Positions 11,550 through 21,499 of a DNA stretch of 64,000 nucleotides are shown here, in pieces; within the stretch, counting starts at the first letter, position 1, and each line of letters starts with the position of its first letter. Made by a program: the position numbers and the translations under genes. A model generated the notes under the pieces. That model ran no database searches. It was not told the DNA's origin and saw nothing but the letters and a program-made list of their open reading frames with translations. This DNA comes from Vitrella brassicaformis CCMP3155 (Eukaryota > Protista > Chromerida), in the NCBI GenBank assembly GCA_001179505.1, contig CDMY01000982.1, positions 62,001 to 126,000 on the forward strand. Reading direction: 5' to 3'.

Positions 11550-13393
11550 GGCCATCATCAAACCGACCCTATGCCTCATCGGCCGTCGCCTGAGCCTGGC
11601 CTGTCACGTATAATGGACGACGGTTTGCGTTGTTCGTATCACACATCCATGAAAATGAATGCCCGTCAGTTCTCACTCACACGAGGCAGACAGTCATTGA
11701 CATCTCGATCGAGAGTCACTTGCATTGAATGCATTGCATGTCTCTTCCACCACACCACCCCACACGCACGCCCATCCATCCATCCACGGCAAGCAGCCAG
11801 ACCACAAGAGACCATGGATCATTGGAACAGTCAGCCAGCGAAACAGACGGCCCTATCTGTCTCTCAGCACCTACCGGCCATCCCCACCCACTCGCCCTGC
11901 CACCGTCATCTGCCCATGCGTAGCCGACATACCAACTCACCAGACGCGTGGAAATCCGGCGACCTGACGAGTGCGGCATGCCGGCAGCGAACGAGCATAT
12001 GGCGGTGAGAGTGCACAAGGGACGGACAGACGAATGAACAGATGACACACGCCAAAAGCACGACGATCTTTCTTGACTGACATCTCATTCTTCTCACAAG
12101 CTCCACCCACACGAGCAGCCAGGGAGCGAGTGCAGCCTCCTCAGCTAGACGTGTGCTGGAACAAGATGAGAAGAGACGAGCCGTCAGTATCGTCCAACCA
12201 ACAAAGGCAAGCCAGCCAGCCAGCCAGGTAGCCTGCTCAGCGAGCAGGGCCCTATGAATTAGCAGACTTAACAGCCAGGAGTGAGCTCTCACACAACTAC
12301 AGACAAACAAAGTTTCGCTCGTTCATGGAATGATCGATCGCATCCACCCTCCCGACATGTCTGCCCTCGTGTACTCCCGGAGACCCGCGAGCCTGCCCCA
12401 TCACACCGAGTGGCCCGCACGCACTTGACATCGTGCGACCAATGAGTCCGATGGAAGCATACGACAGGTCTGCAGAAGCTCCTGAAGGCAGCCAGGAAAG
12501 GGCTCAGAATGACACCATGCCCGCGAAAAAAGATACGCAGGAGTGAGTAGAAGAAGCCGGTGCCTCACTCATTCACTCGCCCCACTCATTCGATCCCGCC
12601 AGGCAGCCAGCCAAGGCGACAGCCAGACAGCACCAACCCATAAACTTGTCAGTCACTGCTTCGTAGCTTCGTCTCTCGTCTCTTCTCGTCACCCTCACAC
12701 ACGGCAAAACCCACACACGCTCCGTGTGCTCACATGAATGAAGGCAGCCAGCCATCCAGCCATCCAGCCAGTGAGTGAGAATGCAAAAACGCCGCACAAC
12801 ACACGACATGACATGATGACACACACGTACACATACACGCATGCATAGCCACGCGAACTCTATTCTGCCTGTCTTTCCTTGTCGTCTTGTCTGTCTCATG
12901 GTCTGCCTCTCTGTCCCGGTTCCCTGCTGGCGCGTCGACCAAGCACAATGAACCCACAGGTATGCACACACACACACTCAAACACTCACACGTCATGCCA
13001 TGCGTCAGCATACACCACACCACACCGAACGAAGCAATCATCCCATCCACCGTCCCTCTTTGTCTGCCTTTCTCTGTCTCTCTGTCTCTCTGTCATTCTT
13101 TCTGTGTTCCCGCCCTCATACTCAGTAAAAAACTACCAATATGAAGGCAGGCCCGGGTGTGTGTAGGAGGGAGGGAGCGAGGGAGGGGTGGCTCATCCGT
13201 CCGTCCGTCCGGCTATGTGTTTGTAGGAGCTGGTACAAAATAAACAGCAGCACACACGTGTGTGTGCGCATTGCAAGCAGGCATGCATGCATAAAGAGAG
13301 AGAGAGAGGCCATATACATGCATTTGTGTGTAAATGGCCGCCCCCACCCACCTAGGCAGCCATCGGCGCGTGTGTGTATGAGTGATGCATCAG

Positions 13394-14033
13394 TCAGTTA
13401 GCACTGGTGGGTGTGGAGCACATGGCGAATGCCTTCTTCAACTTGGCCATGAACCCCATAGCTGCACAGGACACACACAGATCGGCCGCAACACGTATTC
13501 ACGCGTCCCCCATTGTGTGTGTGCCTGCTTACGTGCATCGGCGGCCTTGTCGTCAGCGGGTGTGAGTCGGAGGTAGTTGATGCCCGACGGCACCTTGCAC
13601 GTGTGGCACATGGGGAAGTGCTTCTTCTGGTCCTCCTCAGTCACCGTAGGCAGCAGAAACACCCACCCTACACACAACCACATCCACATATACATACACA
13701 CCGCCGCTCCCTTTGTCTCTCTCTCTCTCTCTCTCTCTTTCTGTGTGTGTGTGTGTGTGTGTTTCCCTGACCTCTCTTGCCGATGTTTTCGTGGTTGTTT
13801 GGCCAGTTGGCTGGTGTGGCGATGGATGCCTTTGCGGAGAGCTGGAGTGCCTTGGTGGCCCGGACGATCTCATCCATGTTCCTCCCGACCGATGCGGGGT
13901 AGTTGAGCATCAGCTTGAGCTTCTTGTCGGGGCCGATGATGAAGACCGCACGGCAGGTCAGGGGCAGACCGTCCTGTTATATGTAACATGTGGCAGCACA
14001 CATTACACACAGGATGCATGTGTGTGGGTTGGG

Positions 14034-14064
<31 letters not shown>

Positions 14065-14892
14065 GATCGCTCACCTTGTCTTTCTCTGAGGGGTCGAGCA
14101 TGCCATACCTGCACAGACACACATACACCCACACAGACACACAGATGGAATCCATAAGTACATCCATGGCCGTCTGCCTGTCTGTGTGTCCATTTGTGTG
14201 TTGTCTGTGTGTACTTGACGGCAACGTCCCGCGACTCGTCACCGATGATGGGGAAGTCAATGGTGATGCCGTTCTCGCAGTGGGACACCACGTCGGACAG
14301 CCACTTCTTGTGGTCGTCCACCTTGTTGCAGCTCAACGTCGCTACCTGAATCAACGAACCATGTGATCCACACACACACAGACAGACTCATACATTAATG
14401 GAAGCGTCCACCCATGTGTGTGCATGCGCACCTTGACTCCCATGTCGCTGAGTTCTGGCCAGAGCACACACACACGCACACACACACACGACACATTGAC
14501 AGGGAGACATGTGACACATGAGAGACACTTCTCTGTAGGTGTCTGTCGTGTGCATGCCCACCAAACGGTTACCGCACCCTTTTACCTTTGTATTTGATGG
14601 CCAGCCTGCCGATCTCTGTGGTGCAGACGGGGGTGAAGTCGGCAGGGTGCGAGAACAGAATGGCCCAGCTGTCGCCAATCCAGTCGTGAAACGACGGCAT
14701 GTACCTGGAACACACACACATGCACACTGTCAGGCACATGCAGATCTCCCTCCATCCCTCCCCCACGCATCCGCACCCATGTGTGGTGTCACTAGCGAAG
14801 TCAGGCACGATGTTGCCGAGGCGCAGGACGCCGTCTGAGGATTGAGCCGTGTACAGGGACGCATACTTGGTCGCGCCAGAGGGGACCGACAT
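13394..14892 (-). CDS. PRDX6: 1-Cys peroxiredoxin (Prx6 subfamily) with C-terminal extension
   Basis: LRLGNIVPDF, WAILFSHPADFTPVCTTEIG (PVCTTE active site), FPIIGDESRDVAVKYGMLDP, LTCRAVFIIGPDKKLKLMLNYPASVGRNMDEIVR, ATPANW, KVPSGINYLRLTP. Confidence 0.95.
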
Positions 14893-15047
14893 CGTGCGAG
14901 ACAGGCGAGAGATCTGTTGCAGATAGTGACACACGGGGTAGGGAGGTGCTGGGACTGGCGGAGGCGGGGCGGAGGGGTCCGATGCGGGGGTGCGAATCAG
15001 ATCTGCGAGCTACTGATACGGGAGGAAAGTCGATTGATTGATCAGGA
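14893..15047. promoter_or_regulatory. Putative bidirectional promoter (PRDX6 / DUF1989)
   Basis: Divergent ATGs at 14892 and 15048, only 155 bp apart. Contains AGATCT twice and TGCGAGCTA (15004-15012). Confidence 0.6.
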
Positions 15048-16506
15048 ATGAACGGCGATTCGGCTCATCACGCGTATCACGTTGGCCCGAAGGGCCGCGT
15101 GTTCAAGCGCCGTCCCGCCTTGCCGTGCTACGACAGCCCGCCCCAGACACGCGTGCCGCGAGATCTGCTCGACGCCGTCAGCAGCGACCCAGACATGCAG
15201 CTGGTGGCATCATTTCAAGTGCCCAGGAGCGACGGCCGGGCCTTTCGAGTGCTGAAAGGGCAGCTCTGCCGGTTTGTGGTCAACGAGGGCAGTCAAGTGG
15301 GGGACGGTACTTAAGCAGACTCATTAAAACACTGGCACAATGGATGGATGGGTTCATGTGGTGTGTGGTGTGATTGTCAGTGAATGTGTGGAACTTGCAC
15401 AACCACAAGGAGCGGTTCTACTCTGGCAAGACGCGGCAGCTGCACGCGTCCCACCTGACGGCTTACGACCGGCTGTGGAGCTGCATGCCCTTCGAACGAC
15501 CCATGGCCACTAGTAAGCACACTATAAACACGCGCATCACACGCGCATTTCGTGAGCCTCCGTCTCTCTCTGTGTGGGTGTGTGGGTGTCTTGTGTATGT
15601 TTTTAATCGATCAGTCACTGTCGACACGATAGCTTATGGTTGGGACGAGGACGGCGCGGGAGTGCATGACGTCATCGGCACACGTGAGAGAGTGAGAGAG
15701 AGGAACGGCTCGCTCTAGACTCTGAGATGGATTCCTGGACGAACACGGTGTGCGTATCTGTTGCTGGATGGCCGCAGGATGCGATCCTTACATTCACGAG
15801 CGGCTGACGGGCAAGAGCCACGGCACCACGTGCCATGAGAACATCACCAGGGCCATCAAACCCTTCGGACTCACAGAGCGCGACGTGCACGACGTGAGCA
15901 AGGGAGCAGCTGCGTGTGTGCATGTGAGATGGGTGATGTGATTGATGAGTGTAGGTGTTCAACATCTTTATGTGCACTGGCTTCGACCCAAAGAGCCACA
16001 CCTACTTTGCCAAGGGCAGCCCAGCCGTGAGCTATGCACAAACGCCGCATGAAACCTCCCGTCCTACACCACAGTGGTGTTGCGTGTCTGTCTTGATTCA
16101 GGAGGTGGGCGACGCCATAGAGATGCTTGCCGAGTTCGATCTGCTCGTCGCTCTCAGCTCCTGCCCACAGGGGGACGTATCAATCCCTTGGTAAACATAA
16201 ACACGCCACCACACCATCGACACACCGATCTCACCCAAGTGCCCTTCTTGTCATGTCAGCGGTCAGCCCGTCCCCGATTCGGTGACCTTCCCCCTCTTGG
16301 TGGAGATCCGGCAGCCCTCACAGGCCACCCTGCAGCAGTACTTCGCGTGGAGCGACCCGACCACGTCTCTGCCGTCGCTGCCGTGTGCTGACGAGCAGGA
16401 CGCCGCACCATTGGTGGAGAGGGACGGGTTGGGAGCGGTGCTGGGGGCGAAGGGGTCTGAGGCGCCCAAGCGGTCTGATAGCGGTACGCTGCTGCTCGGC
16501 CAGTGA
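15048..16506 (+). CDS. DUF1989 (urea carboxylase-associated family) protein
   Basis: VPRSDGRAFRVLKGQLCRFVVNEGSQVGD, WNLHNHKERFYSGKTRQLHASHLTAYDRLWS, YGWDEDGAGVHDVIGTR, CDPY...CHENITRAIKPFGLTERDVHD, NIFMCTGF, EMLAEFDLLVALSSCPQGDVS. GT-AG introns throughout. Confidence 0.85.
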
Positions 16507-16942
16507 GTGAGTGAGAGAGTGGGTAAGGGATTGCCATAGATAGGCCGAATCGTCGCGTGTTTTTGGACGCGGTCGTCGGTTGGTCGGTCGTGTTTCTCTG
16601 GGGTGTCTTCTTGGTTTGGGTGACGATAATGGATGTGGATAAGTCATGACTTGTTAGCTCTAGTGTGAGTGATGAGAAGTTTGTGTGTGTTCGTAGTATG
16701 AATTGTAGTATGTGAGACAGTGGAGATAAGTGCAGTGAGGTTTCCTTCTCCCTTGCACAGAAAGCTGTCTTACTGTGCCACATCGACTGGACACATGTCT
16801 GTTCTTGATGGCTGCTCAGCTGAACCACACACCCATCCACGTTGCACTGAATCCTCGATGCTGCCCAATGCAGGAGGCTTCGATCACCCTGAGTGAGCAG
16901 TTACGCTGAGTGACGTGAGAACATTTCATCCGCCTACGTGGG

Positions 16943-19900
16943 ATGCCTGCTCGAGCTTCCACCGCACCAGGCCCCTGTCCAGCGGCGTGTCATCGTAGAC
17001 GGCAAAGTCCCCTTGAGCTCCGATGCAAAGGAGGCGAACGACGGGAGATCGAGCTCGTGAACGAACGCCAAGATGGTGTCGCCAGCTGCCCTCCCTCCCC
17101 CCACCTCCGAAGTAATCATGCTTCGACGAGATCTCCGAGACGCGCGCTAACCCTGGGCCAGCCCCCAGTCTTCCCCCGGCCCCCCCCNNNNNNNNNNNNN
17201 NNNNNNNNNNNNNNNNNNNNNNNNNNNNNNNNNNNNNNNNNNNNNNNNNNNNNNNNNNNNNNNNNNNNNNNNNNNNNNNNNNNNNNNNNNNNNNNNNNNN
17301 NNNNNNNNNNNNNNNNNNNNNNNNNNNNNNNNNNNNNNNNNNNNNNNNNNNNNNNNNNNNNNNNNNNNNNNNNNNNNNNNNNNNNNNNNNNNNNNNNNNN
17401 NNNNNNNNNNNNNNNNNNNNNNNNNNNNNNNNNNNNNNNNNNNNNNNNNNNNNNNNNNNNNNNNNNNNNNNNNNNNNNNNNNNNNNNCCCCCCCCCCCCC
17501 CCCCGCCCCCACGCCCTGTCACCCTCCCGTCATGTTCGGAGGTGTAATCAGGTCGGATGACCTCACTGTCGAGGACAAGATGCTTGGTCAGCGGGAGAAC
17601 ATCACACATCATCACACGTGTTTGTTTGAAGGCGCCACTGATGAATGTGTTCTTCGTGTGTCGGCAGCTTGGCAGGCGAGGGCGGGGAAGGGACGGTGTA
17701 CAGGGGGGTGTGGCGAAGTCAAGATGGAAATATTTCCGTGGCTGTCAAGACGTACAAACCCAACGAGGAGCTTGACCGCGAGGTAGTACGGCTACAGAGC
17801 ATGTGTGCGTAGCCATCATGACGGCCACGTGTGCATGTCTGCGTCACGGTGTGCAGTCACAGTTCATGGAGGTGCTGGAGGAGGCCATGCCGATGCTCCC
17901 CCTTCGCCACCCCAACATAGTGCGGCTGCTGGGCGTCTCCCAGCAGACACGGCAAATACCGCCTCGTTATCGTCACGGGTGACCATCCTTCGCTTCATTC
18001 AGCTCCCTGTCGGTACGTCGTTTGTTCTTCTCAGAGTTGTGTACGGGCGGCTCTCTGGCCTCCTATTTGGCAAAATATGGAGCCCCACCGCCGGAGCTGC
18101 GAGACAGATTCATGAGAGAGGTGCATGAAGCGCACAGAAGGAGTGTCGTCTGTGTCTCCATCTATAAGTGTGTGCAATGGATCTCAGATATGTGCAGGTG
18201 TCCAGTACTTGCATGATCAGAAGATCGTGCACCGCGACTTGAAACCCGAAAACATACTGGTCTCAACACATCACTCTTGCCATTTACTCTTGCATTACTA
18301 GGATCAACACGCGTGTGTTCGCCCGTATTTGTCAGCTGACGGAGGGTCTCGTCATCAAAATATCGGATTTCGGGATAAGCCGGGGCGCCGAGAGAAAAAC
18401 CACTGTGACCTCAGGTATCTGCAGAAAACAAAAGGGTGCGAACGAGACACACATGCTTTCGCGCTGCAGCTCTTGGAACCGCCCAGTATATGCCTCCCGA
18501 GGGCATCGAAACGACTTGTAAGTATACCGAGATAAGATTATATACTTACATTGATATGAATCACTGTGTCTGGTGCATTCATAGTGGGCAAACTGACGAC
18601 GAAAGCTGACATTTGGGCTGTTGGCGGCATCGCAATTGAGCTACACGGAGGTAAGAGACAAGAAACAGCACAGCTGCAACACGAGACGGCAATTTGGTGC
18701 AGGCCGACCGCCTTTCGAGGGCCTGGGGCAGATACCGATCGGCCGCAAAGTCGTCGACAAAAAGGAGGCGAGATATTTTCACATCTGCTTGTCGGACTGA
18801 TTCGGCCCGAACATGCCTGCATCCGCTTTGTTTCGATTAGATCCCTGACATCCCGCAATCCCTGCCCTCGCATGTCAAGAACGCCATCAAGGCACGCCTA
18901 ACAAAAACCACAGCATTCCGTGCTCTTACTGTCTCTCCATGGTGATCAGAGTTGTTTCGCCTTCAAAGCGGCCAATCGGCCAACAGCCACACAGGTCGTA
19001 TGAGCTTTCATCAAGGGTGAGAAAGCGCTGGGGCTCACATACTCGGTGTGTGTACATGGTAGTTTCTCGATCAACTGGGGCTGTCTCCTTCGATGTCAAG
19101 CGGACAGCCGACGGATACGACTGAGGAACCGCCGAAGAGCCCATGGGAATGGCTATTTGGCGGAAAACCAAAGCGACAAGGTCCGTCTACACGTCTTCAA
19201 TTGCAAGTCGCCAACATAGGGGGTTTACGCTAATGAGCTTCTTTCGGCCTACAGATGCTCTTTCGCTTCCTGCGGCTCGTGGCTCCACCGGCAATGTGTC
19301 TCCCGCCGGCCATTCACCGGCCGTCCACATGAGCATGTCCAACACCGTGACCGGGCCGCCCAGCACTGCGTCTCCCGCTCAGTCGGCCATTGAGGGAAAG
19401 GTGAGTGAGACGGGCAGGTAGGCTTTCCATCCCACATGTACCTGCACAATCACATGACGTGTTGGAGTGTGGTGGTGTGCATCTGGCAGTTGGGGTCTAC
19501 TACGTCCACCACGGCTCCTCCACCTCGCTACTACGTCCCTCCCTCCACCACATACCCGCCCGGTAGCTACGTCCCTCCCTCCACCACATACCCGCCCGGT
19601 AATCACAGGAAGGGGGCAGGAGGGAGGGAAGATCAGCAGAGATCTGACGGCATCTGTGGACACACAGGCGGGAAAGCATGTCGGGAAGCCAGCTACGATT
19701 GCCAACTGTGTCAACTGTGTGTGTATGGTGTCCTTCCTCAGTTGATCCGTCGTCTGCAGGTTTCAGCTACGGCACGTACCCGTCACCGTACGGCATGCCG
19801 CTTGGTCCGTACGGGTACCCGGCTGGTTCGTATACCCATGGGTACCCGGCTGGTCCGTATGGCTACCCGGCCTACCCGCCCCATCTCGTGCAGACCAATA

Positions 19901-20788
19901 TCTTTGACGCAGCCAAGGTCGGTGATGTGCAGTCCGTCACTTTGCTGATCGCACAAAATGAAAAGTGCCTCGACACAAGAGACAACGACGGGGTGATGCA
20001 TTGAGAAGACGACACAGGTGGAATCAGTGGTCTGTGTTTTTCATTCCTGCAGAACACGCCCTTCCACGACGCTGCGGCTTATGGTCACGTCGGTGTGCTG
20101 ATGGCGATGCACGCCAAGAACGGCAAGCCGCTGCTGGATCAAAAGGATAACGTGAGACAGGCATACCTTGCAACACATGGCGGATTCTCGAACACATGGT
20201 CATTTGTGTGCAGAAGGGCGACTATGCCATTCACTGGGCAGCTGACAAAGGTCATGTTGATGTGGTGAACTTGTTGGTGGAGCTAGGCGGCCGCGAAGAA
20301 CTCGACAAGCGCGATGAAGTGCGAAGAACAGCTAGAATTGACCACTGTGTCGCTCGTGGCTGTAGCGAGCCACCCTGCTGGTTTTGTAGAACAACTGCAC
20401 ACCCTTCCACCTCGCTGCGTTTTGTGGTCACGTGGATGTGCTGAAGGCGATCCACGCTAAGGGAGGCAAGCTGGACCAACAGACCAAGGTGCATTGACAG
20501 ACCGGCAGTTTACTGGATTCTTGCGTGTCTGTATGCATTTGTGTGCAGAGTGGAGAGTACCCATTCACTTGGCAGCTTGGAAAGGCCACGTTGAAGCCGT
20601 CAAGCTGTTGGTGTCCTTGGGGGGCGTTCAGATGCTCAGCAAGAAAGCAAATGACGTGAGCAAGAAGAGGGCACTCGTCGCTTGTGTCTCATCTGTTCAT
20701 CACGTGTGTGTGTCTTATGCAGGGCAGGACTCCGCTGGACGTGGCGCAGAGTGACGAGATGCGCAAACTGCTCAACAGCTACACATAG
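16943..20788 (+). CDS. TKL-type protein kinase + Pro/Tyr/Gly-rich linker + C-terminal ankyrin repeats; contains an assembly gap and an apparent +1 frameshift; start uncertain
   Basis: LG|[16 protein letters not shown] (17670-17783), [68 protein letters not shown], then [13 protein letters not shown] and ankyrin exons ending [21 protein letters not shown] (20786-20788). Confidence 0.8.
17188..17487. other. Assembly gap (300 N) flanked by poly-C tracts
   Basis: Run of exactly 300 N with C homopolymers on both sides. Confidence 1.
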
Positions 20789-21499
20789 CCAGTCTCTTGT
20801 CGGGTTTAGGCCGTTGTTTGTCGGTGTGTCGCTCATCTTGCTGTGTCGATTAAGGTGTGGGCTGTTGTGTGTCGGTGTGTCGTTGCGTTTGTCTTCCTGT
20901 CGTTGCTCATAAGCATGCTGTGACATACCGGGACTGAGCAATGTCGAGAAACAATCCACATGTGTCTTTCTCTGCCAAGGTCGACCAGATGTGTCTTATG
21001 TCGGCATCCGGTGCCTTCCAGTGCAGCTAAGTGTCCGACGTGAGTGAGTGGACTGCCGTGCGTGCATCGCTATATGGCTTCAAAGTACCACATCAGCCCC
21101 CCGGCTGTCGGTGTCACTCATCCACACACACAAATGAATGTCCCAACGCATGCACCCAAAAATACCCACACACACACCCATTCTTCACAAGCAGCTGTCT
21201 GTCTTTGGTGTGTTGACGTATGTGTCCTCAACCCCCCCCCTAGCTCCCGACCAACCGAGTGACTGCTTTGAGCAGTAGCTACTACGTCATTGTATTGTGT
21301 GTCCACCTGTCTGTCTCCTGGGACCACTTTAAGTAAGCCTTATTCATGTCTGCCTGTCAGCCAGCCAGCCGCCATACCGGCCGGCCGGCCGGCCGGCCGC
21401 CCACTTATGCACTGATATAGAGAGGAGAAAAGGGAAGAGAGAGTCGATAGCGATAAAAGGACAGCTGGTCTGTCTGTCAGCCCACCATCCATCCATCCG

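Noticed and set aside
11550-13390. Short ORFs in the long spacer between the antiporter and PRDX6
   Set aside because: Microsatellite-rich, no domain signal and no consistent exon chain.
16660-16900. GTGATGA...CTGA as a C/D snoRNA
   Set aside because: No terminal stem or recognisable guide; most likely ordinary 3' flank of the DUF1989 gene.
16926-17615. ORF-track entries spanning the N run
   Set aside because: They are open only because N codons are not stops.
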